From Candidatus Saccharimonadota bacterium (GTDB taxonomy: Bacteria > Patescibacteriota > Saccharimonadia > Saccharimonadales > UBA4665): 32,000 nt of DNA. The notes under the pieces were generated by a model that saw only the letters and a list, made by a program, of their open reading frames with translations, had not been told where the DNA came from and made no database searches. The DNA lies in NCBI GenBank assembly GCA_016699935.1, contig CP064992.1, positions 960,001 through 992,000 of the forward strand, read 5' to 3'. Below, piece after piece: positions 1 to 8,387 of the stretch; position 1 is the stretch's first letter; the number at the start of each line of letters is the position of its first letter. The position numbers and the translations under genes are program-made.

Positions 1-474
1 TAGGAGCTGGAGGCCTCCGGTGGCTACAGAGCGTGGCGAGAGTAGCGGACCGTAGGTCCAGGGCATTGGTACTAAAGTGTCTTCTTTGCCAAGCTGATAT
101 ACAGGCCCACCTATACAAAATGCGTCGGGGTGTTGCTCGAAGGAGTGAGCAACCTGAGTCGCGCCAGATATTCCTGCTGTACTTTCATCTGGGTTGACTA
201 GTTTTACGTCGGCATCGAGAAAATGCAACAGGGTCGAAGGATTTTCGCCCGCAAGATGGTCGAGTATGCGGTTACGATTTAATGAAGGGCCGTTATGTCT
301 ACCATGAATAACGGTTACTCCTTCTATGTGCAATCCTGCTGACCCGTCGGAAGATCCATCATCAAGATAAACCACTTCCTTATACTCATTAATGGCTAAG
401 ACTGGGAGTAAAGTCTTAAGATTGGGAAGCCGGTTTCTTCCCGAAACAACGGCAACTATTGCTGGTGAAGCCAT
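1..474 (-). CDS. Family 2 glycosyltransferase, N-terminal part (gene continues beyond window start)
   Basis: Own translation of the minus strand from the ATG at 474..472 gives MASPAIVAVVSGRNRLPNLKTLLPVLAINEYKEVVYLDDGSSDGSAGLHIEGVTVIHG...LLHFLDADVKLV. The DDGSxDGS and DAD (DxD) motifs are typical of GT-A/GT2 enzymes. The frame is open to position 1, so it is absent from the ORF track. Confidence 0.7.
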   Translation of the reverse strand, partial: MASPAIVAVVSGRNRLPNLKTLLPVLAINEYKEVVYLDDGSSDGSAGLHIEGVTVIHGRHNGPSLNRNRILDHLAGENPSTLLHFLDADVKLVNPDESTAGISGATQVAHSFEQHPDAFCIGGPVYQLGKEDTLVPMPWTYGPLLSPRSVATGGLQLL

Positions 475-523
475 ATGTATACAATATCACGGTATTGCAT
501 ATGTGTAAAAATATCGTAATAAA

Positions 524-1430
524 CTAATCTTCTAGGGCGGCTTTGACTGTTTGCCAGATGGTTTTGTCGCCGTTTTTGTAGCGCCAGTACCACCATTCGG
601 CGCCCCAGAGGTCTATGGGGTAGGCGCCGACACGCTGGGCAAAGTCTATGTTGAACCGAATGCGTGCTGGACTCATGGACAATGCCTGTTCTTCCGCTGA
701 CATCTCCCAGATAGCGCGGTGACCCCACGGTTCGAGTTGCAACTCATGAATAAATACGGGTTTACGAATGATTTTTCGATGATAAAGCGGCGAACTCTAT
801 GGAGCCACGGCTTCTGGATGGTGTGTCGGTAGGCGCCCTTGTTGAACATCATAGTGTATATGCTGAAACCGACGCCACCTCGTGGGTGCGGACGCCGGAG
901 GGGATGCCCCAGCCGTTACTGGTACTCATGTAGATGGGGTTTTTCGGTGAGGTCGGCGACGAGTTGGTATTCTTTGCGTAACCGGCGGAGATTGATATCT
1001 ATACCCTCACCAAAGCCTCGTAAGACCGCTTCATTTTCAAGCTGGTAGCCGTCTATAAGCTCTGCCTCGTCGTACCACGCCACGGTCGCCCTTACATAGT
1101 CCAAAAGCGCTTGGGTCTTCTCTGGATCTGGTAAGGTGATCGCCCATGTGGGCCAATGGTATTCTGGCCAACGTGGTTGTTTGACACCAAGACACAATGT
1201 CACGATACCGCCAGCGTTTTCGATAAGTTTCATCTGACGGTCGAGTTCTTTGAAATCATACATGCCCTGCTCTTTTCGCATTCGTCCCAGTAGCTCATGA
1301 GCCGAAAGCGTCGCCAGCCCATCTTGAGCAACCACTTCAATGTCTCTTCAGGGTCAATACCAAAGCTCCTACACTGCTTGATGCTGAAACTTATGCCGTA
1401 TTGCCTAGGATCAAATGTGTGCATAACCAT
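524..1430 (-). pseudogene. Frame-disrupted paralog of the adjacent glycoside hydrolase-like gene, without the N-terminal membrane anchor
   Basis: ORF fragments 1230..1430, 916..1335 and 524..742 (all minus) align in order to the N-terminal, central and C-terminal parts of the 375-aa protein at 1883..3010. Examples are GGIVTLCLGVKQPRWPEYH vs GGKVSLAIGLRQPRWPECH, YQLENE in both, and IDLWGAEWWYWRY vs IDLWGAEYWYYRW. There are at least two frame changes. Confidence 0.6.
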
Positions 1431-1479
1431 TGCGTAAAATATAACAGATTTCGCTTATTCGTGGTGCTATACTGGACTC

Positions 1480-1735
1480 ATGACCAACGAAGAGGTGCTT
1501 GAAGACCTTAAGTCATATATGACAGTGACCGTTCGGACAGAGGTCAATGCTGCGCTCGATGCCAAGCTCGAAGAAAAGCTCGAAGAAAAGCTAGCGCCTA
1601 TTCATCAGAAAATCGACGAGCTGACTGTCTTTGTCCAAGAAATGACCACTAAGAACCTAGCCAAAATCTCTCACTACCAAGCAAATCGATGATCACGAGC
1701 GTCGTATCACAAAACTAGAACACACTACGGCGTAA
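1480..1735 (+). CDS. Small hypothetical coiled-coil protein, probably frameshifted near 1670
   Basis: The 70-aa ORF 1480..1692 contains LDAKLEEKLEEKLAPIHQKIDEL. A second frame continues as ..TKQIDDHERRITKLEHTTA to the TAA at 1733..1735. TGcTATACT at 1465..1473 lies 6 nt upstream of the ATG. There is no recognisable family. Confidence 0.35.
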
Positions 1736-1740
1736 ATCTG

Positions 1741-1883
1741 ACCCACACTCACTATTTTCACATTGTCATCCCGACCCCCGCATCAAGTGTGGGGCAGGCT
1801 TCGTGGAGTGATCTCTTCGGTTTCAATAGCATGGAGATCTTTCGACTTCGCCCAAGATGACAGTCCAAAAAGTGAGCGTGGGT
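1741..1883. repeat. Long imperfect palindromic intergenic element of the TGTCAT family
   Basis: The outer arms acccacactcact (1741-1753) and agtgagcgtgggt (1871-1883) are complementary with one mismatch. The inner arms are tgtcatc (1764-1770) and gatgaca (1856-1862). The right half, ggagatctttcgacttcgcccaagatgaca, matches the right half of the element at 11594-11674. Confidence 0.55.
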
Positions 1884-3010
1884 TAGGGTGTAAATACTGC
1901 TCGGGCTTCCTTCCAGACAGATTCATCACCTAGAACTTTCCAGCGGTAGTACCAATATTCGGCGCCCCAGAGGTCTATGTGGCGGATGCCGGTTTGTTTG
2001 GCAAAGATTACTGTTGATTTAAGGCGGGCTGCGTCAAAGGTTTTGTTCTGTTCGTCTAGGCCGATATCTGTGATATTTTTGCCATTTGGAGGCCAGGGTT
2101 CTGCCTGTAGCTCATGGATTACGCTGTCCTGTCCTTTGAGCATTTTTTGGACACCAGCCAGGGCAGCGTAGTGCCAGCTCGGGAACGGATATGTTTGGTA
2201 GCGTTTGGTCAGCGTCGCATCCCAAACTCGCCGGTACAGTGATATACCATTTATATCACCGAGTGGTCCGCGCAGGGCGAAGCCGGCGTAGTTATTACTA
2301 CGGCTAATAATGACAGGATGATGCGGGTCGGTTTGTTTGACGAGCGCCAGCTCTTCGGCTAGTCGAGCGCGGTCAAAATTGTAGCACTGGCCAAAATGAT
2401 TAAAAAACTCGTTTTCTAGCTGATAGCTTTGCAAGGCCGGTGAGGTCTTGTAGCGTTTTACGATTGCCACCATAAATTTCTCTAGCTGTGGTTGCCACCT
2501 TTCTCGGGGCTGTTTAGTGTCATAAAACGACGGTGCATGGCATTCTGGCCAGCGCGGTTGGCGTAGCCCGATGGCCAGACTTACTTTCCCGCCCGCTTTT
2601 TCTATGGCCTTGAACTGCCAGTCCAATTCATCGAAATTATAAATCCCAGGTGAAGTCTCTATCTGTTTCCAGTAGCTAACGAGACGAAACTGCCGCACGC
2701 CGAGGTCATTTATGGTCGCACTCAGCGTCTCCTGCGGGTCAACGCCCAAATACTCAGCATAAGACGGTATAAAAGTGACGCCAAATTGGTACGGCTTCCC
2801 CGCTTGTGAGTGCTGGTACCAGAGAGCGATAGTGTAGCTGAAGCTTGAAACAAGCAATATGAAACATGAAATAGCCAGCACGGTTCGTTTCCAAAACGAT
2901 TTAGAACGGAGAATGCGGTACGAGGAAAGGAGAATATACCCAAACACCACAACTTTCCGAATTTTTCGCTTATTCTCTATGGCCATAATCAACCTACACT
3001 TTCGCAGCAT
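1883..3010 (-). CDS. Membrane-anchored TIM-barrel glycoside hydrolase-like protein (clan GH-A-like)
   Basis: A 375-aa ORF with an N-terminal hydrophobic anchor (VLAISCFILLVSSFSYTIALWY). It then carries RQPRWPE, a QLENE motif (acid/base-like NE) and DLWGAEYWYY. The likely start is the ATG at 2986 (MAIENKRK..). The family call rests on motif recall, not on a search. Confidence 0.7.
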   Translation of the reverse strand: MLRKCRLIMAIENKRKIRKVVVFGYILLSSYRILRSKSFWKRTVLAISCFILLVSSFSYTIALWYQHSQAGKPYQFGVTFIPSYAEYLGVDPQETLSATINDLGVRQFRLVSYWKQIETSPGIYNFDELDWQFKAIEKAGGKVSLAIGLRQPRWPECHAPSFYDTKQPRERWQPQLEKFMVAIVKRYKTSPALQSYQLENEFFNHFGQCYNFDRARLAEELALVKQTDPHHPVIISRSNNYAGFALRGPLGDINGISLYRRVWDATLTKRYQTYPFPSWHYAALAGVQKMLKGQDSVIHELQAEPWPPNGKNITDIGLDEQNKTFDAARLKSTVIFAKQTGIRHIDLWGAEYWYYRWKVLGDESVWKEARAVFTP

Positions 3011-3096
3011 ATCCAGATATGCTTTGTCGGCGTAGACTGATTCTGACTCATAAACCTATGACCGAATACTTTCAGAAAGTTGTGGTGTTTGGGTAT
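2936..3096. repeat. Perfect 22-bp inverted repeat pair (2936-2957 / 3075-3096) bracketing a 117-bp segment that contains the glycosidase start codon
   Basis: atacccaaacaccacaactttc (2936-2957) is the exact reverse complement of gaaagttgtggtgtttgggtat (3075-3096), checked base by base. Confidence 0.85.
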
Positions 3097-3203
3097 TACT
3101 GCCCAGAATTTTGGGTGCAGATTTTTACTCGCTTTTTCCCCATCTTTCTTCATTCTTCATTCCTCATTCCATGTTGCCTGCGGCAGCATGATACCATTAT
3201 ACC

Positions 3204-3962
3204 GTGCCAAAACAATTAACCGTATCCATAATTGTTCCCGTCTACAACGATGCCATCGCACTTGAACGCTGTCTTGCAGCCATTGCCGAGCAGACAGTTA
3301 TGCCGCATGAAGTGATTGTGGTTGATAACAATTCGACAGACCGCACCGTAGCCGTGGCTGAAAGCTACCCTTTTGTGAAAGTTCTACAAGAAGCAAAACA
3401 AGGGGTTGTTCACGCGCGCAACCGCGGGTTTGACGCTGCCACCGGTGATATCATCGGTCGGCTCGATGCCGATTCGTGTGTAGCGAGCGACTGGGTTGCC
3501 ACGCTCCAAGCCCTTTTTGCGACTGGGACTTTAGATGCAGTAAGTGGCAGCATTCGGTACCATGATATCTGGCTTTCTCCTTCACTGAACGTGGCCGACA
3601 TACTTATCAGGAAGTCGTTATCGGTGCTCATGGCCGATGAAGTTTCGCTGCAAGGTGCAAATATGGCGCTTGGTCGCAGTGCGTGGCACGCTGTTCGCAG
3701 CTCTACCTGCGTAGCGCACGGGCTTCACGAAGACTTCGATCTTGCGATTCACCTGCGTCAGCTCAGCTACCGGAACCGTTTTGAGCCTTCACTGCGCTGC
3801 TCAACTGCCCTGCGTCAAGCAACGGGAACATGGCTAGACTTTGCTCGCTACATGATGGTGTGCCCTGCAACTTATTTTCGACACGGGCGGCTGAAAGGCG
3901 CCTATATTACTCGCTGTTTTACTTGTCATACTTTTCTACCCAATGTTGCACGTCTTATCTAA
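3204..3962 (+). CDS. Family 2 glycosyltransferase
   Basis: The 252-aa ORF reads VSIIVPVYNDAIALERCLAAIAEQTVMPHEVIVVDNNSTDRT...ARNRGFDAATGDIIGRLDADS. This is the classic GT2 N-terminal signature with a DxD-like DAD. The start is GTG, and the C-terminal ~30 aa may be out of frame. Confidence 0.85.
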   Translation: MPKQLTVSIIVPVYNDAIALERCLAAIAEQTVMPHEVIVVDNNSTDRTVAVAESYPFVKVLQEAKQGVVHARNRGFDAATGDIIGRLDADSCVASDWVATLQALFATGTLDAVSGSIRYHDIWLSPSLNVADILIRKSLSVLMADEVSLQGANMALGRSAWHAVRSSTCVAHGLHEDFDLAIHLRQLSYRNRFEPSLRCSTALRQATGTWLDFARYMMVCPATYFRHGRLKGAYITRCFTCHTFLPNVARLI

Positions 3963-4061
3963 GGGGCAAGACACTTCTGCCCGTGGCCTATCCTGGGTGA
4001 AGCTCTTCTCTACTAAAACACCATCCCGGGTGAATCCCGTCACATTTATTGAATAACATTG

Positions 4062-4659
4062 CTACAGTTGGTTGCTGCTTTGCCACTGGCCGGTCGGTAG
4101 TTGGTACGGGACGCAGTTGCCCCAGAGGCCGACCTTGGCTTTTTGTGCTTGTTCCATGGCCACGTTGAACTCCTGGCTTTTTGCGAACGGAAAGGCATAG
4201 GCAAAGGCGTAGCCTTTCTCGACCAGTTCTTTGTTGAGATAAGTGCCTTCTTCAGCACAACATATCGCAGTAAACGGTCATAGCGGTCGCGGTTAGTCGT
4301 CAGGGTGTCTGCCACCAGACGGATTCGCTGAGAGCCGATCCGGTTTTTGGTATAGGCAGCAGCGGCCGGGCCATAACATTGCACGGGAGTATCTGGTTTG
4401 TGTTTCAGGGAGTGTCGATGCCAATGAAACGAATTGTTTCGGTGGTGCCCTGCATATCGACCATTACTGTGTCGCCATCGACAAACTGCTTTACCGCATA
4501 CGAACCTGGTTGCCACTGCATAAACTTCCTAGAATCCACCGGCCTCACCCACCCTTGCCACCAGGCAATGGCAACAAACACCACCAGCACCACCGCAAAC
4601 ACCACCAACCCCCGCCGCTTTTTCGTCATGAAGAAAGTATACACCCAGTGTCTTTTCAA
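4062..4659 (-). CDS. Thermonuclease (SNase-like) family nuclease with N-terminal membrane anchor, frame-interrupted in this assembly
   Basis: ORF 4405..4659 reads ..FVDGDTVMVDMQGTTETIRFIGIDTP. Later frames give DRYDRLLRYVV and, by own translation, EGTYLNKELVEKGYAFAYAFPFAKSQEFNVAMEQAQKAKVGLWGNC, ending at the TAG at 4064..4062. These are typical SNase motifs: IGIDTPE, D.YGR.L.YV and GLW. Confidence 0.7.
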
Positions 4660-5108
4660 AAAACATGGATCATAAAATTGTCATGCGCCTCTCGAAAGCC
4701 AAGTCCACCATAAAAACGTGGGAGCCCGGGATCTCCCTCGCTTAACTGTACGCCTACGGCGGGCACATTATTCTGCTGTAAAGCGCTCAGCATCACCCGG
4801 ACGAGCTGTGAACCTATGCCGCTTTTCTTAGGGCCAACTGCGACAAGATCAATTGAACCCATTCGGATATAATTTGGAAAATCTGTCGGCATATCGACAG
4901 TACGGTAGAGTCCGAATCCGCAAAGTAGGCGTCCAGTATACGCAGCTACTCCCTTGCAGCGTAAGGCGGAAGCAAGAAAGTCCATCGGATTTGCAAATTC
5001 AGGAATCTGAGCTGCAATCGCTTCAGCTGCTCCATAGTCGAGATCATGTTCCCTAAGAATATCGAAGTTTGATTCTATATACATAGGCTTGCTCAAGTGC
5101 TCACGCAC
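4656..5108 (-). CDS. GNAT family N-acetyltransferase
   Basis: The 150-aa ORF has an acetyl-CoA motif-A-like segment KKSGIGSQLVRVMLSAL and a C-terminal FYGGLGF. It overlaps the downstream nuclease start by 4 nt. Confidence 0.65.
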   Translation of the reverse strand: MREHLSKPMYIESNFDILREHDLDYGAAEAIAAQIPEFANPMDFLASALRCKGVAAYTGRLLCGFGLYRTVDMPTDFPNYIRMGSIDLVAVGPKKSGIGSQLVRVMLSALQQNNVPAVGVQLSEGDPGLPRFYGGLGFREAHDNFMIHVF

Positions 5109-5670
5109 CTTCTTTCACTAGGTCCTCATCCACATTGTCGCCCCAATGCCTTCTATTGGCTGAGGTAAAGAGTTTACGAGCTTCAGGTAGAAGGAGCCCA
5201 GAGACAACCTCTAGTCTTCTTCTCGAATTAGCAAATATACTTGGCATTTCGGGTTCCTTTCGCGTAAAGAAATCTACGTCACTTCGAAGGGCTGCAACAT
5301 AGAGTCTTTTTAGGCCACCTTTATCTATTGGGTAGCAGCACCCGTAACAAGGTTCTGCAACACTATACATAGTGCAACCGCCTAGATCTCTACCCACTTT
5401 TGGTTGCACGCGTCGAATCAACGCCAATTCAGCATGCCCAAATAGATTACCATCTCTGAATTCGCGCGTTTCTTCAACATATACTTCTTTATCTGGATCA
5501 ATCAAAACAGCACCAATCGGTGAATCGCCAGCCCTAGCAGCCATAGCCGCGGCACTTATGGCGAGACCCATCATCTGCACGTCAGACTCGGTCGGTTCAT
5601 ATGGTCTAACCTCAATCACTCCAGGTGCTCCATTTGAGGCCTTGCTGTAATTATGTAATTCAAGAGACAT
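5101..5670 (-). CDS. CDA-fold nucleoside/nucleotide deaminase (TadA/guanine deaminase-like)
   Basis: The HAE (GHAELALI) and PCxxC (EPCYGCC) zinc-binding motifs are spaced as in cytidine/deoxycytidylate deaminase-fold enzymes. The start is placed at the internal ATG (MSLELHNY..), because the upstream extension lies in an AT-rich spacer. Confidence 0.75.
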   Translation of the reverse strand: MSLELHNYSKASNGAPGVIEVRPYEPTESDVQMMGLAISAAAMAARAGDSPIGAVLIDPDKEVYVEETREFRDGNLFGHAELALIRRVQPKVGRDLGGCTMYSVAEPCYGCCYPIDKGGLKRLYVAALRSDVDFFTRKEPEMPSIFANSRRRLEVVSGLLLPEARKLFTSANRRHWGDNVDEDLVKEGA

Positions 5671-5725
5671 TATGAATAGATTTATATCATGAAAGAGTAA
5701 ATTAAGATATAATATTACAAAAAAA

Positions 5726-6714
5726 TTAAGCTGCAAGGGGGATATCTTCGTCTACGTACAAGACGTTAACACCGTCCGGGCTGATACCATACGATACTGT
5801 TTGCCCAGCATTGATGCCAAAGTGCTGACCATCCACAGAACCATTTACATTTCTACCTACCGTGAAGGACATAGTTTTACCTAGCATAAGCAGCTTACCA
5901 CCTAATGTACCATCTTGAATTGCTTTAGCGTAGCTCGGGATACTGCTATAACCAGGTAACTCAAAAGCAAAGCCACCTGGTTCAGTCAGTGTAATTTTAG
6001 GAAACAGTGCATGATGACCAATATGTCGAGCATTTGTTACGGTTAAGCCTAATGTGGTACCAGATATTTCTGTACCGTCTGGCCAGCTCCTTCAACTGGG
6101 ACTGGCAATTGTAGCGCCGAATATCCGACTAGGAGTAATCTCTCATGCAATGTATCCCTAACCAGCGGGTTGCGGTAGCCAGGCACGCGCCTAATCCAGG
6201 TATTGAGTGCCTCAGCGCCTCGAGAAAAGGTCCCTACGTCGGCAACGGTTGCCGCAAGATACCGTATTTCGTCTGCATGCATTTCGATTCCGTGGACAAC
6301 GCCTAGTTTTCCCCGGTCTATAACCTCATCGGGTTTAACACCCTACCGCCTATTCTGTGAAGGTTGATGGCAGCGTTAGTTGCGTTCCCTGCGCGCATGG
6401 CAATGACAACATTATTTGTTCCTTCTGCCGCTGCAAAAGCAGCATTAAAGGTAGTATCTCCACCCACGCTTACAATAATATTGACATCCCCATCCGCTGG
6501 GGCCTTTTTGCCCGGATTTGCTGTATTGTTTTTCTTAGGCTCGCACTTGTTAAAACCTCTTTTGCTTTCTGAAAACGGGGTGTTCTTCACGCAGTTCGCG
6601 TACATATTCTTTGACTTGATGTGCTCGTGTCGCGTTATCGTTCACTACAAAAATAGCAGGACCGAGATCGCCGAGACCGCCAAGCTTTTCTTGGAGGGCA
6701 GTTTCTCTATGCAC
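5726..6714 (-). CDS. Diacylglycerol kinase catalytic-domain family lipid kinase (YegS/BmrU-like), split into several frames
   Basis: The fragments read AIFVVNDNATRAHQVKEYV, then DVNIIVSVGGDTTFNAAFAAAEG...VVIAMRAGNATNAAINL. These resemble the GGDGT and PxGTxND motifs of the DAGK_cat family. ORF 6049..6282 follows, then an own-translated C-terminus ...SVDGQHFGINAGQTVSYGISPDGVNVLYVDEDIPLAA ending at the TAA at 5728..5726. A GTG start at 6714 is proposed. Confidence 0.5.
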
Positions 6715-6722
6715 GGCGGCCT

Positions 6723-7327
6723 CTAGTAGTCGATGCCTTTGTTGGCGAGGAATTTGTCATCGTAGTGGTGCTTGATCTTCGTCATGTCGGTTAATATATC
6801 AACATATTTTATCAGATTCTGCGGGAAATTGCGACCAGTGAGGCAGAGGCTGGTTTTGGGGTGCTTTTGGTGATGAGATCCTTCAATTGTTTTTCGGTGA
6901 GCAGGCCGTCATGGACAGCATTGTTTATCTCGTCGCAAATAATGAGGTGAAACTTGCCAGAGGTGGCAGCCTCAAATGCGGTGGAATAGGTTTCGGCAGC
7001 GGCTTGCTTGTGCTGCTCGGGCGTGACATCACTGGCGCTCAGATCACCAGCGTCATAAAACCCCTTGCCGCCTTTGTAAAACAGTAAATCATCCCCATAA
7101 ATGGGCAAGATATCACGTATAAAGGTGTGTTCTCCGACACCCCAGTATTTGATGAACTGCACATATGCAACCTTCCAGCGGTTCCCAAGCGCGCGGCACA
7201 TCAGCCCCAGGCTGGCAGAGGTCTTGCCCTTGCCATCTCCCGTATACACCACCACAACAGACTCTTTAGTCTGAAAATCCTCAAAGCTCATGATAGCAGT
7301 ATGGCAAATAGTAACTGTAAATTCCAA
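6723..7327 (-). CDS. cobA: Cob(I)yrinic acid a,c-diamide / cob(I)alamin adenosyltransferase (CobA/CobO/BtuR family), one frameshift near 6840
   Basis: The 171-aa ORF carries YTGDGKGKTSASLGLMCRALGNRWKVAYVQFIK and LIICDEINNAVHDGLL. After the frame change it reads TGRNFPQNLIKYVDILTDMTKIKHHYDDKFLANKGIDY, ending at the TAG at 6725..6723. This matches the family C-terminus (TGR...AD.VTEM..vKH....G..A..GI.y). Confidence 0.8.
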
Positions 7328-7798
7328 TTAACTGGTGATGATGGGTTTGATCAGGAGGTTTTGGTCAGTCATTGTGAAGCCTCTGGCTTCGAAAAAAGCT
7401 ACAAGTTTAGGGTCGTGTTCAGTCTGTTCTGGCAGGGAGTCTGGTGTCGCAGTAACGAACTGTACGCCGCGCCGCCTAGCATCCGCTTCAACTTTCTCCA
7501 GTAGTACGGTACCGATACCATGTGTTCGTAAGGTTTCGGTGACGGAAAGTAATTGCAGGTGGCACTCTTTAGGTGAAGGAAAATTATAAACTGCAATACC
7601 ACCGATCTTTCTGCCAAAGTTAGGTCTTTCACAAAATGCACCAAGGATTCGGGAACTATCAACCATTTCTGCAAATAGACCCGTTGTCATTCCCCCTAGG
7701 TGTAGTGCAAGCTCTCGTGCAGTTTGGTGCTCACGGCTGTCTTTGCCAAGCAAATCCAGTAGCCGATACTCCACAGCCAATGCGGTTTGAAAATTCAT
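7328..7798 (-). CDS. GNAT family N-acetyltransferase
   Basis: The 156-aa ORF has LRTHGIGTVLLEKVEADARRRG (motif A-like) and a C-terminal FFEARGF. Its stop abuts the cobA-like start codon. Confidence 0.7.
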   Translation of the reverse strand: MNFQTALAVEYRLLDLLGKDSREHQTARELALHLGGMTTGLFAEMVDSSRILGAFCERPNFGRKIGGIAVYNFPSPKECHLQLLSVTETLRTHGIGTVLLEKVEADARRRGVQFVTATPDSLPEQTEHDPKLVAFFEARGFTMTDQNLLIKPIITS

Positions 7799-7841
7799 AG
7801 ATAAATTATATCACAAATAAACAATTTAGTAAATTACTAAA

Positions 7842-8084
7842 CTATAAATTTAGGGCGGCGTCTATGCGGGGGCGGTCGAAACCGACGATTGTTTCTTTGC
7901 CAATAACTAGTACTGGTATACCCGTTTGGCCAGATACTTTCATGGCTTCTTCGGCGTTCTCACGCTTTTCGTCGACGTCTTTTTCGGTGTATTTGACACC
8001 TTTTTTGTCTAGGTATTGCTTGGCAGCGCTACAAAACCCGCACCATGGTGCGCTATAAACTGTTACTTGAGGTGTATCTGACAT
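7842..8084 (-). CDS. Glutaredoxin/NrdH-like small redox protein
   Basis: The 80-aa ORF has the thioredoxin-fold signature VTVYSAPWCGFCSAAKQYLDKKGVKY...GIPVLVIGKETIVGFD, including a CxxC active site. Confidence 0.85.
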   Translation of the reverse strand: MSDTPQVTVYSAPWCGFCSAAKQYLDKKGVKYTEKDVDEKRENAEEAMKVSGQTGIPVLVIGKETIVGFDRPRIDAALNL

Positions 8085-8103
8085 TTTGAAGTCCTTTCTA
8101 TTA

Positions 8104-8118
8104 CTATACTTAGTATAG
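8104..8118. promoter_or_regulatory. Palindrome ctatact-t-agtatag presenting a TATACT box on both strands (candidate divergent -10 elements)
   Basis: It lies in the 61-bp spacer between the divergent glutaredoxin gene (start 8084, minus) and the small membrane protein gene (plus). The same TATACT hexamer recurs upstream of other first genes in this window. Confidence 0.4.
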
Positions 8119-8145
8119 CTTTAATTTATTTCTAACGCAAGTGGG

Positions 8146-8385
8146 TTGAAACTTGGGAGTTTTCTTGCTCTTCTTGTCTGTCGCCACTCTGCTTCCAGCT
8201 CTATGGGAAAATGGTATACTAAAGTCGTTATGAGGTACGCGTTTGTTTTTACCAGTATTGTTGCCATATGGTTGGCGATGATTATATTGGCAATAAAAAC
8301 AGATATTGGCGGGCTGTTTTTGGCTGTAGTCGTACTATTGCTCACGGTCATACTCTTTCTAATTGGCTTCAAAAGAGGGCGCTAA
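8146..8385 (+). CDS. Small two-helix membrane protein (paralog of 9832..10029)
   Basis: ..KVVMRYAFVFTSIVAIWLAMIILAIKTDIGGLFLAVVVLLLTVILFLIGFKRGR has two hydrophobic helices. The true start may be the internal ATG near 8203. The stop overlaps the region of the next gene's ATG (8388). Confidence 0.5.
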   Translation: MKLGSFLALLVCRHSASSSMGKWYTKVVMRYAFVFTSIVAIWLAMIILAIKTDIGGLFLAVVVLLLTVILFLIGFKRGR

Positions 8386-8387
8386 CT

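Noticed and set aside
6723-6785. ATG at 6785 (MTKIKHHYDDKFLANKGIDY) as the start of the lipid kinase gene
   Set aside because: This peptide is the conserved C-terminus of the CobA/BtuR-type adenosyltransferase (..TEM..vKH....G..A..GI.y), reached after a frameshift in that gene. The kinase more likely starts at the GTG at 6714.
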